A DNA stretch of 64,000 bases, from the NCBI RefSeq assembly GCF_009914755.1, contig NC_060938.1; one strand, 5' to 3'. Every line of letters begins with the position of its first letter. Positions within the stretch are counted from its first letter, which is position 1. This stretch comes from the human T2T-CHM13v2.0 reference genome, Homo sapiens. Made by a program: the position numbers and the translations under genes. The notes under the pieces were generated by a model that worked only from the letters and a program-made list of their open reading frames with translations, was not told the origin of the DNA and made no database searches. Shown piece after piece: positions 24,751 through 38,875 of this stretch.

Positions 24751-25914
24751 GGTTACTGATATTAATAAGACTCTTCCAGGCTTTTAGACTGAGGCTATGG
24801 ACAATCCTGGTCAGGCAGCATTGAAAAATGAACTGGGCCGAGACTCCACCTTGGAAGAGGGCACCAGGACTCCTGCTGGGAATGGCTGGGACAAGCAGGT
24901 TTTGACCAGGAGTGCTTGTGATACTACCCAGAGACAGGGCTCTGGAGCCAGTCTGCCTGAGGGGGACAAGTTACTGAACTTCTCCATGCCTCAGTCTCCT
25001 AGTCAGCAAAATGGGAGTAATGAGAATAGTTACCTTCTAGGATAACATGGTAAGGGTTATGTGTGAGCCACTTTTACCAGATTCTCTTTTCTCTCTGAGG
25101 AAGCTGGTGATTGCAGTAATATCTGCTCAGAAGATCCTGGCAGTGAACCAAGACCTCAGTGCCCACAGATGCCCTTGGTGCCTATTGTGAACACTGCCCC
25201 AAGAAGGACCAGTGGCCTGGGAGCTCACTCAGACGTCACATGACAAAGGGCTCTGCCTCTGGCCATCACATCCATCGGGAAACTTCTAATGTCCCTTCTG
25301 TTCCCCTCCCCCTTCCAGGGGACCCACCTTTCTGAAAAACATTTAACCCCAAGCATTTCTTAATTTCTCCAAGTGTCTTTCTTTTCCTATTATTCTGCTG
25401 ACCTCTACCTGGACAAGGAGAGAGGAAAGGGGTAGGAGAAGGATGATACTTAAGAATGCTCAATTATGAGAAGCAATGAACACAAACATAATCAATAGGC
25501 CTTGGATTGTGCTGCCAGCAACCTTAAACAGGAAGTTAGAAAAGGATCAAAGACTCTGGCAGGGGAAGTAACTTTATTTATGTTGATGTTGATCCCTAGA
25601 GGTAACTAAGAGATTTATTCTCTTCTAAATTTCATGAGCAGTTTCCTGGTAGGTAGGCAGAAAATCCACAGCATAAGAAATCAAGGAGCCATTAGAGTGA
25701 GGACAGAGGCCAGTGGAAGAAGTTAGGCTGACTACCAAGGAGGTGGCCCAGGTCCCTCTGCAGCTCCTGGTGTGTGCTGTTTCCCCTCAGCACTTGCATC
25801 CACCTCACCTTGAACAAGTGTGTAAATCTGACCTGGGGCCCCTGGGGAAATACTGCCAGCCTTTCTGCAAGACCCTGAACACATGTGAAGAGTGAGGTTT
25901 CCCAACCAGCTATC

Positions 25915-26130
25915 AGAGGGGCCGGAGCACACGTGTGGTGCTGGCAATGGACCCCCAACTCAGGCTCTGGCTCGTCAAGAAGATACGTGGGGCAAGTGAG
26001 TCAGCTGCTTCAGCCTCCCATGCTGCGACGGAGAGACGTGATTTTCAGGCTGCTGTCACTTGAGCTGGACCCAAGGACTCATGGTTACTCAGCCGTGCGC
26101 ACCCGTCTGGCTTCCTCGTACCCCACAAAA
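25915..26130. promoter_or_regulatory. Candidate enhancer (AP-1/ARE-like plus E-box, CpG-enriched)
   Basis: 11 CpGs in ~200 bp; CACGTG 25930-25935; TGAGTCAGC 25997-26005; AP-1-like GGACTCA and TTACTCAGC downstream; not recognisable as a repeat. Confidence 0.4.
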
Positions 26131-26359
26131 ATCTGCACTGGGACCAAATACCATCTCTTGAAAAATTATTTTTAATAATTCATTGGCTTACTGGGAGGTG
26201 TAGAATCCCAGCAGGACACTGAGGATATCAGAGGAGGAAAGGGAAAATTTTTGGCAGGCTGCATTGCAGAGCTGAGGACAGAGCAGCGCCACAGAGTAAA
26301 CACGTCCTGAGGAGAGAGGAGAGTCCTGAAGTTAACTGTGATTCTATGAAACCACAGGG

Positions 26360-26950
26360 CAAGTCACACTCCTTAGGTCTTTTCCTCCCTGCATCCATGC
26401 TTGTCCCTGTTATAGTCTACCATCCTCATGTCAGCCTTGGCTATCACTTTAAACATTAAAACTGAATGTGATTGGGTCCCTTAATTGCTTAAAGCCTTTC
26501 AGTGCTCTTGGGTTAAAGTGCAAGACTCTTAAGATGCCTATAATTCCTGGCGGGATGGCTGCCCTACCTCCCCGGCTTCTTCTCCTGACATGCTTCTCTT
26601 GCCCATGACTTTATGTCCAGCCGCACTGGAGGCCCATCCCCTGGATCTTTGCCCACACTGCTCCCTCCATCTGGAATGCTTCAGCCTATTTGCCCAGTTA
26701 ATTCCTTTTCATTCCTCAAGCCTCAGCCCTCCCTGCCTCAACTGACGACTTTAAGCCCTCTTATTATATGTCCTCATGGGCCCCTGTGGGTTTTCTCCCT
26801 AGCTCTTATTGTACTTACTTATCAGTGTGAGTATCTGTTTTACAAATGCCTCCCTCTCCTCCTGAGAGACTGAATTACCCAACACCTGGAGCAGGGTACA
26901 TGCCCAGTAAATATTTTTGAAGGAATAACTAAATAAGGGGATGAATGGAT
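26360..26950 (+). mobile_element. L2 fragment
   Basis: CTTTGCCCACACTGCTCCCTCCATCTGGAATGC...CAGTAAATATTTTTGAAGGAAT L2 3' region. Confidence 0.6.
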
Positions 26951-28628
26951 CGGCCAATAATAAATGATTTTACAGGACTTGCTTAAGGTTGTGCAGCTGG
27001 AATCTCAACTCAGTCCTGCTTAAGCCAAAACTTATGCTCTAGATAACTGTATTTTTACTTGCAGTTTAAAAACTTCTTTGAATCTATGATTTTATCCTTG
27101 CATTTCAAAATTCTCCAAAAAGAAGAAACATTACAACTATACAGTGAGAAGAAAAGTACTGAATGGACCAAGAGTCCAGGATTAAAGAGATTAGAGTTCT
27201 GGGTGGTCTGTTGGAAAGGCAGTGAAAAACAAGAACCAAGTAGACAGAACTCCAGGAGGATGTGGCCTGACCCTGACTAGCTGCTCCCGGGATCTAAGCT
27301 CAGATCAGTCCCTGTGAGCAGCCCTGGCAGCTCCCATTAAGCCAGCAGTGGCTGCGGCGCAGATTCTCGGCCCTGCCTCAACCTAAATTAGGAAAAGGAG
27401 CCCCTTCCTCAAGGCATTCCTGCCCCCTGCTGAAAGTCATCTAATCCTACAGGACATCTCAAGGCCTATGTGTGGGGCTCCCCAGAGCTGTGCAAAGCAC
27501 AACCTGCACGATCATAAGCAGCAACCCAGAGGGATGAAAGGTCCATTAAATAAGGTCATGATTGAAACCGTGAGAAACTTGGGAATCGCTTGGCCGTGCT
27601 TCTTTGCATAAAGAAAACTTCCCTGCTGGTTTGTCTCCCAGGAGAAATTTTGTAAAATTTTGTAAAGGAGAATTTTGTCTCCTCCCACAGCTTCTGGCCA
27701 TGCTCCTCCCTGCTCTCCCTCCCTGCTGCTGCAACTTCTAGCAGCACACTGCGCAAAACCTCAGGCTCGTTCATTCTTTTGTTCCTTAAACATTTAATGC
27801 ACGTCAATCCTGCAACAGGCTGTGTGCCGGAGGTTGGGGGAACAGAAATGAACAAAGCAGAGTCTTTTTCTCCACTAAATAGGGGGGAAAAAAGAAAAAA
27901 AATACTGCTCTGCAGTACTGCCTTGGCTGCTAGAAGCTACCAGGGTAACCCAGGTTGCAAGTGTCAAAAATGAGAACAGGAGGGAGTTGCTCAAAGGTCA
28001 CTCCTTCATCTAGACCCTCTCTCTTGAGTGACAGACATTCTATGGGAGTTCTGACCTCTTCTCAGGTTAAAATTCAGGATGAATTCCTAGCCTTGTTTGC
28101 TTTCAGCCACATGGATTTTTCCAACCCTTCTATGGGAATGGTGGCTGCTGGACAAGGGAGCCAGTCCAGCCTCCAGCAGGTCAGGTGCTTGCTTCTTCTC
28201 ATGCTCTCATGATGTGGCTTGCTGTCCTCTGAAGCTGATTAACTGGGGCAAGACTGACCAACACAGATGCAGGCATGAGCACCCTCACAGGGCAAAGGAC
28301 AGGACGTGTCTTCAGGAGCTTGTTGCTCACATCTTCTCAGCCCAGCAGCCCCTGGGGCTGGAGGCTCATTGGACTAAAAGAACGAAGGGACACAATTTCA
28401 GCAGCAGGTCCTGCAGTGCTGTGTTCTAGAAAGCAGAAAAAAATGAGCTGCCACCAAACATAAATGAACCATCTGACTTTCGTGGAGTCGGTCAGCCTAT
28501 CAGTAGTCAGTGTTTACAGCGGGCTCACAGCACGTGGAACTGTCTGGGTGCTGAGAAAGAGACAGACGACCCAGGACTCATCTTTGACCCAGAGCCCACC
28601 CAACCCCCAGAACATTCATTCTAGCTCC

Positions 28629-28936
28629 TTTTTTTTTTTTTTTTTTTTTTTTTTCAGAGACAAGTCTCATTTTGTGGCCCAGGCTGGAGTGCAGTCGTGC
28701 AATCGTATTTCACTGCCACTTCAACTTCCTGGGCTCAAGGGATCTTCACACTTCAGTCTCACATGTAGCTGAGACTACAGGCACATGTCACCATGCTCGG
28801 CTAATTTTTTAATTTTTTGCAGAGATGGGGTCTCGTCATCTTGCCCAGGCTATTCTCAAACTCCTGGGCTCAAGCAATCTCCCACCTCGGCCTCCCAAAG
28901 TGCTGGGATTACAGGCATGAGCCACCATGCCCAGCC
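28629..28936 (-). mobile_element. AluJ (Jo/Jr)
   Basis: CTGGGCTCAAG in both arms (J diagnostic); TSD ctagctc on both sides. Confidence 0.92.
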
Positions 28937-29889
28937 CTAGCTCATCTTCATAAACAGAATAGCTGATCAGGAGCAATTGTAGTTGAGCATTTATTGGGCA
29001 GGCAGACTTTGGGAAGACTCTGTTCTCTTTACTCAGAGGATAAATCACCTTCTTGGCAAATGTGGGTCTGATTTCAAGAGTCTCAGGAGGAGGAAAGAGC
29101 CATGAGGAAGAAAGAGAGGAAGCTAGCTTGGCTAGCTAGTGAAGGGGTCCTGGGGGAAGGATCACCCACTTGTAACAATCCACTAACCTGTTACAAGTGT
29201 GTCCAGCTTCTCGGCAGAAGTATCAGAATAGGAGGAAGACACCAAAGTAGGACAGAGGGAAGTGAAAGATGTACTTTGATTGTGGCTGGAATCTTGCTCC
29301 CAGGAAGAAAGACTCTAAATTTAAAAAAAAAATCAAAGCTCTTGCAGGAAAACTCGAAACAATACTCCTTACTCTCTCAAAATGCTTCAAAGTCTAAAAA
29401 TATGGAACCTACTTTTCTAAGTAGCCTAAACAAGTCAACGGACATTTATCTTGGCAGTCAAGAGATTAAAATGATGATTTTTCAAATTCTTTTCTTCCTC
29501 CATCTGACCTCACCATTCCTAACCTATTATTTTCCTGGGAGGAAGGAGCCTTTTTTATTCTCTGTGGGAGGAAGAGGTTGTGCAGAATTCCTCATGTTGG
29601 TGCAGAAACACTGCATTGGTGCATGTAAAAGGCCTCAAGGTGGGGAAGGTAGAGGAGTCTCAGAACCACAGGCACCATGGCAGTGAAGGGTGGCATGCAT
29701 TGGTGAGAGGGGGCAGAGGGAGGGAAATTACAATGCAGGGAGAAGATTACAGTTACTGTTTTTGGAGAAGGTCTTTGTATAAATATTCTTAGCACACATG
29801 TTGAGATTTTAGGGGCATCACTAGGCTTCCATGTGCCTCCAGGTATCTCTCAAACTTGTCTTTCATAATGATTAATGCTCCCATGGGGG

Positions 29890-29923
<34 letters not shown>

Positions 29924-29969
29924 TATAGTTTCAGACAAAGGTTTCACGACTCCAAGAGGCCACACTTAG

Positions 29970-30469
29970 TGTATTAGTTTCATATTGCTGCTGTTACAAA
30001 TTACCACAAACTTAGTGGATTAAACCAACACAAAATTATTATCTCACAATAATTCTGTAGGTCAGGAGTCTGACAAGGGTCTCACTGGGTTAAAAATTCT
30101 GCATTCCTGTCCGGAGAAGTTAAGCAAGAATATATTTCCTTGCCTTTTCCAGCAGCCAGCACTCCTTGAGTTATTGTTCCTTCCTCCAAATCTTCACAGC
30201 CAGCAGTAGCAGGTTGAGTCTTTTTCACCTTGCATCATTCACATCTCCTTTTCTACCTCCTCTTCTACTTTTAAGGACCTCTTGGTGATTAAATTGGGCC
30301 CACCCACCCAGATAACCCAGGATAACCTCGCTATCTTGAGATTGGCTGTTTATCAGCTTTAATTTCATCTGCAATCTTAATTCCCCTTTACATGTAAGAT
30401 CACATACCCACAGGTTCCAGGGATTTGGACAAGGACTTCTTTGGGGAGGCAATTTTTCTGTCAACCACA
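29970..30469 (-). mobile_element. MLT1D-type ERVL-MaLR solo LTR
   Basis: TGTATTAGTTT...ACAAATTACCACAAACTTAGTGG...CCAGATAACCCAGGATAA...ACCACA; 5-bp TSD cttag/cctag. Confidence 0.85.
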
Positions 30470-30917
30470 CCTAGCATGCATATTTGTTACCTGGGACTGA
30501 TAATCCTAAATTATAACATTAAATAACGTCCACTCTGAAGAATGCATAAAATGAGCTCCTGAGGCTTTGGCCAGGCACATTTTGAAAAGAAGGAATCAAA
30601 AACAGGTCATCTTATTAGTACCTAAAAGGCTGGAGGTCCTAATGGGGACCCAATGCTTAATGTGAGGAGGTGGGAAAGGAAACAAAGAGTAGGTCCATAA
30701 ACCTATTTGCCCTGCTCTTTATTTCTGGTTTCAAGTATGCCCAAAGATGTTTAACCACGAAGGCTTTTAACCACCCATTCCAAGGCTCTCCACACCTAAG
30801 CAGCCTGATTTCCTTCCCTCTTCATGGTATCTTTCTGCTTTGTAATCTCTGGGCCAACGAAAAGGACAGAGCAGGCCTTGACAAAGCATTTGGCAGCAGT
30901 AACTGCCAGTAGGACCC

Positions 30918-31065
30918 AGCAATGTTTCTCAATGTGTGGCCCACAATTCACCTGTATCAGAATCCTCTGACACATTTTATCAAATTCTGGGAGTAGGATC
31001 CAGGAATCTGCATTTTAAAGAGTTCTTTCATGACGCTGATGCAAGCTAAAGCTTGACGACCTCTA
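30918..31065. mobile_element. MER5A1-like hAT MITE
   Basis: TTTCTCAATGTGTGG...ATCAGAATC...CCAGGAATCTGCATTTTAA. Confidence 0.65.
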
Positions 31066-31642
31066 ATTTACTGTTCCCTAATCTATGACCAGACTCTCCC
31101 AGCTCTTAGCAGCTCCCACAATTTGCCTAATCAATGTTCTATCCCTACTGTGATTCTCAGACAAAAAATATTTTTAACAGCATAACTTTTGTTCTCCTGC
31201 CTAGAGAGAGAAGAACAGACAGCGTAATATTTCAGTTCGGTTCTATGTTCTGTAATTGGGAATTCTGTAATATATCTTAAATATTAACCAAAAAGATGAA
31301 AACTGATTGATGCATAATTCATTAGTGGAGCTATTAGACCAAAGTACCTTTCAGAATTTAACAAATTGACCCATAAACCATTTAAAAATCACAAAAGAAA
31401 CAGTGTTGATTTATGCAGTTTGATTCTGGTTGTGAATAAATACAGTATAAAAGGAATATAATATTATATCACTGCTGACAAACTACCAATCCCAAGCAAT
31501 TTACGTGGGGAATAGAGAAAGCACTTCTTAGAAATTAAAAATCTGAAAAACTTAAAAACAGTTTTAAAGGGGAAAAGAGGCAGAAGTCTCAGAACAAATC
31601 TAAGATCAGATTGGTGTTTTTCATTAGCAATTGAAATACATA

Positions 31643-31948
31643 GGCTAGGTGCAGTGGTACACGCCTGTAATCCCAGCACTTTGGGGGACCAAGGCAGGTG
31701 GATCACCTGAAGTCAGGAGCTCGAGACCAGCCTGGCCAACATGGCGAAACCCCGTCTCTACTAAAAATACAAAAATCAGCCGGGCATGGTGGCACATGCC
31801 TGTAATTCCAGCTACTCAGGAGACCGAGGCAGGAGAATCGCTTGAACCCAGGAAGCAGAGATTGCAGTGAACTGAGATTGCGCCTCTGCGTTCCAGCCTG
31901 GGTAACAGAGCAAGACTCCATCTCAAAAAAAAAAAGAAGAAAAGAAAA
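31643..31948 (+). mobile_element. AluSx-type SINE
   Basis: Full Alu, GGATCACCTGAAGTCAGGAG; TSD gaaat(a/t)cata. Confidence 0.92.
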
Positions 31949-33475
31949 GAAATTCATAAAAGTTAGCAGCAATCTGAATTATTACTCAGAATAAAAAAGA
32001 ACAAAATTTTAAAGATAATAATATTTTCATATATGACAATCTTTTACTTTTCTCCCTTTGACTTTATCATTTTAATTACTTTTGCAACCTTTAATCCAAT
32101 CATTAGGTAGCCTTCTCTTTGAAAGAAGACAATTTTAAGGAAATTTTTAATTGTGTAAGTATAAATAAATAAATACATCATATAAAATAAAAATGTCATT
32201 ACTGTTAAGGCTGACAGCCCCTTTGACCATCTTCCCAATTAATCCAGTCCCTCCTCCTCTCCCCAGAGGTAAGCGCTGATTGCAGTTTGTAATATATTCT
32301 TCTACATCCTATTCCATATGGTTACATGCATGTGTCCATGAAAAGCATTCAGAATTGTTTGGAGCATTTTTAACATAAATAGTATCATACTGTACACAGT
32401 CTTCTACAACTTAACTTTTTTCTCCATTAGGCCTCAGAGAACTCTTCTCATATATAGTAGTAACTGTGTGCCAAATTTTGTTTTAACGTCTGGCACATAT
32501 TATCTAATTTAATCCTCGTAGCAATCCCTTGAAATAGGTATTATTATCATCATTTCTCAGCTAGGGCAACTGATCTGGGTTTCCAAAGCACAGGGAGTAG
32601 TAAAGCAACTTGCTTCCACAATCACACAGCTTGTAAGTTGGTGTAGAGTTAAAAATTATAAACCTCAAATAATTTAAATTACCATTGACCTAAATTGAGA
32701 CAAGAAGTCATCAACTTCAATAGCAGGAGCCCTCATATGATATAAGTGCTTCCCAAATTCATGCAAAGAATTAACAATTAGGCTTTGGTTTGATAGGTAA
32801 GACAGAAAGTTAGTAAATATTTAAATTTTGGTGATCATAAAAGTCAAATAAATCTATAATTATTTTGCATCTTCATGGCATACATTTTAAATTCTTAGTC
32901 TGTTTTCTAAGAAAGGCAAAGGGCTTTAATAAAGCCAAGGACTTTGACTTATAACCTTGAGATCATGAATACTTGTTAAAAATTAAAATAAAATTTGTCA
33001 GAAATGTACTGTAGAAACTGTCACCCTGACCTCAGGATGATTTACTTCTGACTCTGACTTCACAGATCTGGTTCTAATTAACTCAACAAGTGCAGATCTA
33101 CTTTAAATTAGGAGCATAGCTAAAGGCACTCTTCCCTTTAAAAAGTTATTTCACAAGTAAAATAAAATGATTCTACCATATTAAATTTAAAACATAATTT
33201 GGATTCTCCATTTTCTTCAAAGTTCAAGAGCTATTTTTAAACATAGACAGTCTGGACTCTAGAGCTAACGCCCATTACACAATGGCACAACTACATCTAC
33301 CTCACTCTTTTTACCTGCTGTCTGATACTCCACAGGATGACTACTGCCACAGTTTATTTGGACATTGACCTACTGATAGTCATTTAAATGGTTGTTAATA
33401 CTTTGCAATTCCTAATAGTGCTGCAAGTGCAATATACCCTTTCCATTGTGCTGCTACACAAGTATTTCTCTAGAG

Positions 33476-33664
33476 CAATGGTTCTCAATGTGTGGTCCCC
33501 AGACCAGTAAAACTGACATTAGCTGGAACGAATTAGAAATGCAGACTCTCAGATTCACCCCTAGACTTGGTGAATCAGAAACTCTGGGGATAATACCTGG
33601 CAATCTGTGTTTAATAAGCAGGGCGTGGGGGGTGTTCAATGTACCCTTAAAATGGAGAACCATC
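33476..33664. mobile_element. MER5A hAT MITE
   Basis: CAATGGTTCTCAATGTGTGGTCCCCAGACCAG...TTAGAAATGCAGA...GAATCAGAAACTCTGGGG...GAGAACCA. Confidence 0.82.
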
Positions 33665-36487
33665 ACACTAAAGATACAAAGTGGCACAACTGCTGGAACA
33701 TAGTAAACCCCATCTTTGAAGGCCAAAAATTAAACTTCCCCATATTATCAAGTGTAAAGATGAAATGTCAGAAATATTAGCAGTTAAATTTGACTTTTTA
33801 GGAAAATCTTCTTAGACTTAGGAATCCGTTAAACTTGTCTAGGAAAATCAAGACTAGTTTCAGAACTCAAATATGTTATCTAACAAAGCGTATATTAGGA
33901 AAAGTAAATCTGGACTTGAACTTTATATTTAAAGATTAATATAATGTTAAAGAGGTCTTCATGGATCACAGTCTGAGAAGGTCATCTGACACATGAAGAG
34001 ACTAAGCCCACAAAGGTTAAAAATCTTTTCCAAATTTACTGGGCTGGTTAGCAGCAGTGATGATGGGAAATTTGGACCCTGGCCCTGGTCCAGTCCATCA
34101 AACATATCATTCATATTATGCTTAATCAAAGAAAGGCTTTAAGAAAGGTTTTACCACAACCTTAGAAAATCCTAACACACAGATTATCCTGAAAGTGATT
34201 TCAAAAGGAGCAAGAACTGCATGTTTATTTTAGAAGAATGTTGCTGAAATCAAATGATTCTAAGGTAAAGAAAATATTGTCATGAACAACTTCAATGACA
34301 ATCTCATTGTCTTATCCTTTAATTGAACATTTTTATTGCAAAATAAAATATATTTATTGATGTTTAATATTATAATATGAAAGAGAAATTTTTAAGTGTA
34401 CCTACATTCCTAATATAACACTTGTCTTTACATTTCTGTGTAATCTGTCTATTCTCTATACATATACACTTATTTTCACCCAGTGTGCTATAAGGCACAC
34501 AAGTATTCTGCATTTTTTTAATATTTGGCAAACATTCTTCTGTGTTTTCCATGTTGCATAACATTCATAGTTAACTTATGGCTATTTAATAGCCTATGAG
34601 ATACGCCATAATTTATTTGGCTGTTTTTGGATCTATAAATGGTCTCAGATATGCTCATATTATAAATAATACTACAATAAACTTCATGTGACACATATTT
34701 TTCCTTCTTTTGAATTATTTCCTTTGGTTAAACTCCAAGAGGCTGACTATGAAGTCACTGAGCACGGATGTTCATGGTTCTTGAGCAGCAGTACCAAATT
34801 TGCTCCTCAACGTCCCAGCAGAATTTTCACTGGGAGCCCCCACAAAAGTCTCACACTAAGTGCTTATCCCAAGGGGATAAAGACAAAGTCAAAATTAAAT
34901 CAATTTTAACAGAAACTAGGCTTCAAATTAGGAAAATTAGACCCAAATTTAAATTAGACCCAAAACACTACCCTAGATTCACACTTCCAATTATTTACCT
35001 TTAACTAGGTTCAATACCAAGAATCCTTCTCAGTAACTTGAGAAAATATAAAATACAAAATGGGTATATAGTTCCTGACTTATCAACTAGCATGAAATTT
35101 AACCAATTAGCTTTGGAAAACCTTCATTTCTCAACTTGTCCACCTGCAAAATGGGAGCAAATGTATTTGCCTATCTTGAAGAGGAAATGTAAATAAAAAT
35201 GAAGTGAGATTGATGAGTAAATACTTTCACCTTTTTAAAATTCAGCTTGATCATCACTTTTAAGAACCATTCAGGTCTAACGGAAAGCCATGGAGTTGCC
35301 GTCAGAGACAGGATGTGGCCAGATTCTAGGGTGTGCTCTCTGCCCTGTCAGCTCAGAAAGCCTGCATGACAGTTGTCTTTTGCTAAAAGAGTCTATGGGT
35401 GATGAATGACCCAAACAGAGGTACTATTTTTTTGTTATGAATGAAGTAGAACTCATTCATAACAGAAAACAGTTTATGAATCAATTATTTATAACAAGAA
35501 ATATATCTCCCAGGATACTGGAGTGATCCATCCAGCGTTTTATCCCCCCGTAGGTAAAATCTTCCAAGGGAGCCAAATTATAATTAGGACAAAGCCTGCT
35601 TGGTAAGCATGGAATCAGACCTTGGGAGTTGGCTCTATGACAAAAATGTTGGATAGCTCTGGGCTCTGCAGCATCCCACTCGACCCAGATGTAGACCTTT
35701 TGTCCTAGTACCCAGGACAGCCTCTCTAGTCAGCACTTGAATGGCACTGCCAAGGTCAACCTCTGAGAATTCTCCTTTTCCTTGCTCCTATGCTGACCAT
35801 CCTCCTACTGAAGGACATTTTTTCCTCTGGATATGTTAATAGCTTAAATCCAGTTCCAGTTAGGTTTTGTTGATCTGGGACCAATTCCATCCCCTCAGAG
35901 ATGACTTTGCTCTTATCTGTTATGTGTTAATTGATGGTCCACACTCAGCTTAATGAGTTGCCAAATTAATGGGTTACCTCACTGTCACTTCCATCTTACA
36001 ACTACAACAATGCAAAAATTAATAACTCACACAGAGTTGTCAATCCAGACCTTGCCAGACTTGGTACTTCTCTAACTAAGGCATTTGAAATGAGCACAAT
36101 CATTATTAGAATGTACATAGGTTCTTCTAAAAATACCAAAACAATTTCCTCTCTTTAATAAGATAAACTGCAATCCCTGCAATCTTGTTTAAACTATAAA
36201 TTTACTTGGCAAATCTTTTCTTCAAAGTTTATAGGTAGATTTTAGCTCAACTCAATCTTGTTAAATTTTAAAAGATCCTGAATCAAATAGATTCAAACTA
36301 ATAAACTTTGAGTACATTACTCCATGAACTGAAAACAAAAACAAAAGCTGGTAAAAAGGTGGATTCTCCCCCTATCGCCAGAAGCATGTCACTTGCTAGT
36401 AACCTTAGTTCTCTAACCAAAATGTCACTATGCATGAGAACTTAACCCAAGCTGATTTCAGCTGTTTATCAGCTGTTTCCCAAGATT

Positions 36488-36788
36488 ATCCTGCCATTTG
36501 CTACAACTGGATGAACCTGGAGGACTATGCTAAGTAAAATAATCTAGACACAGAAAAATAAACACAGTACTGTATGAGCTCACTTATAAGTGGAATCTAA
36601 AAAAATTGAACTCATAGAAGCAGGAGTCGAATGGTGGTTGCCAGGGCTAAGGGGTGAGGGACATGGGGAGATGTTGGCCAGAGGGTACAAACTTTCAGTT
36701 ATAAGGTGGGAAAGTTCTAGCATCTAATGTGAGCATGGTGACTATAGTTAATAATGCTGTACTGTCTACTTCAAATGTGCCAAGATAA
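36488..36788 (+). mobile_element. L1MA9/10-type 3' fragment
   Basis: TGGATGAACCTGGAGGAC...GGGTACAAACTTTCAGTTATAAG...GCATGGTGACTATAGTTAATAAT. Confidence 0.82.
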
Positions 36789-36799
36789 ACAAGTTAAGG

Positions 36800-37410
36800 A
36801 AATGAAATTATGATTAAGTGCTAAGAAGAAAACAAACAAGAAGCCGAGATGGAAAAACCATGGGAGAGTCTATTTTAACTCAGTTGGTTAGGGAGGGCCT
36901 TGCTGAGAGGCTTGTGTTTAAACTGAAAACCGAAGGTTATGAAGGATCAGTTCTATGAAGGATAATGAGGAACATTACAGGCAAAGGAAACAGCATGAGG
37001 TGGAAAAGAGTGTGATGTGTTCCAGAAACTAGTGGAAGGCCAGGACTGGATTACAGTGAAAGAGGGGGAAAGTAGCATCAGATAAAAAGATGTAGGCAGA
37101 AGCCAGGCCATGGCGCCTTGTAGATCATAGAAGTGTTTCATTTTGTTCTAAATATGAAAAAATGATAGGGAGAGTGTTTAGCTGGGGAGTGGTATTTTTT
37201 AGCAGATTGCTCTGGAGGCTACATGGAAAGAGTTTGGATGGAAGCAGAAGCAGGGAGCTCAGTGAAGAGGCTACAGCACTGGTCCAGGTGGAGATACTGG
37301 TGACCTGGACAAATAATGTGACAGAAGAGATGGAGAGAACAGGAAAGATTTGAGCTAAATTTTTGAGATAAACTACCAGAACATACTGTAATTAAATAGT
37401 AAGTGGCTTT
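36800..37410 (-). mobile_element. L2 fragment
   Basis: Purine-rich antisense L2 pattern (GAGGGCCTTGCTGAGAGG...GGAAGGCCAG...GGTCCAGGTGGAGAT). Confidence 0.55.
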
Positions 37411-38875
37411 GGTAGGGAAAAAAAGGAAAGAACTATATCAAAATATCATGCTGAAGTGGAAAAAAAAAAAACCTTAACATTTCATTTTATAGAAAAGAAT
37501 CAGAGGCTCAAAGGGTTGGAGTTATTGATTGGCTCTGAGATTTGGGGCTGATTCATAGCAGAGCCAGGACCAAAACCCAGTCTCCTGGCTCTCAGCCTAG
37601 TGGTCTCATTTCTCTTTCTTCTCCCAGAGCAGCCAAATCATCTTCATGGCCCCAGCCAGGCAGGAGAGTGAGAGCATAGTAGCCACACTCATGGCATTTA
37701 TCCTCCCCTCCATTCTCGTACCTTCTGGATGCTCTAGTCATATGGAAGGTTAATCATTTCCCTACCCACCACTGTAGACAAAACCCTATACTTAGCCTTT
37801 GACATGGACATGGAATACAATGCCGAGGGAGAAGGCTCACTGTGAGTTCCTTTACTGGGTGACAGATGCTGATCTTAATGCTTTGCATATACCATGTCAT
37901 TTAATCTTTACAACACTGCTCTGCAATAGGTACTAATATTAAAGTCATTCTTTAGATTAGTAAAATGAGACACATAGAACTTGAATCAGCTGTTCCCTAA
38001 GCCCCATGCAAACAGTACTACTGTCCCCTTAGCCATCCAGCTTTGAGCTGGGGAGAGTTCAGGCTCCTTGATGCCCACAGCTTCTATTCTGCCCTATTCT
38101 CATTACCTGTTGTATGGTGGTGATACTTTCTTTTTCAGCTACATGCCAGGAAGTTTCTTTGTGGGTAATTATATGGGAATAATTGGTCTTTATGTAAGCA
38201 TTGCCTTGGAGGATATGAAAGACATAACTTTCAGGCAGCCAGAGAACCCAGGAGGCTGCTTGTAATCACTCACTAGGTTTCCTCGTCTCAAGAAGTAATT
38301 ATAGATTGCAACCACAAATCACCACTTCAATTGGGTCTACACACCTTACCTTCTTCCCAAAATTATAATAGCAATTTTCTAGGGAAAGATTAAGGGAGAG
38401 GCACAGATCTCTGTGGTTCTGTTTTCCTGCTGGAGGTTTTCTTATAAGGAGCAGGAAGGGCATGCTGTCACCCGGGGAATAAATGTTGTGGCCCAATCAC
38501 AGCCTTTTGCATTATGGGATATGACTTGGGACATGGAGTTGGGAGGGACATTAGAGAGTCTTAATTTAGGCTCTTTTGGTTGCACATAACAGAAACCCAC
38601 TACAAATCACCTAAACCAGGGGGAGGGGATTGGAGTGTTTCATGGCTGCAAGAAAAGAAGTATAAGCAGACCTCAAGTAGGATCCATGTCTAGAACTGAA
38701 AGTCATCAGCATTCTCTCTTCTTATTTGCCACAAACTCAGTGGTGAACACAGTTATGAGGGTAACAGAACATCTCGAGGTATGTATGTATATACTCCCTG
38801 AAGCCCAAACTGCCCCACCACACCCTCTGTCATCTCCAACCCCACCACTATCACCATCACTCTCCAAAACGGAGA

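Noticed and set aside
29102-29686. 194-aa ORF, the longest non-L1 ORF
   Set aside because: No recognisable domain, runs through an A-tract, no exon structure; compatible with a chance ORF.
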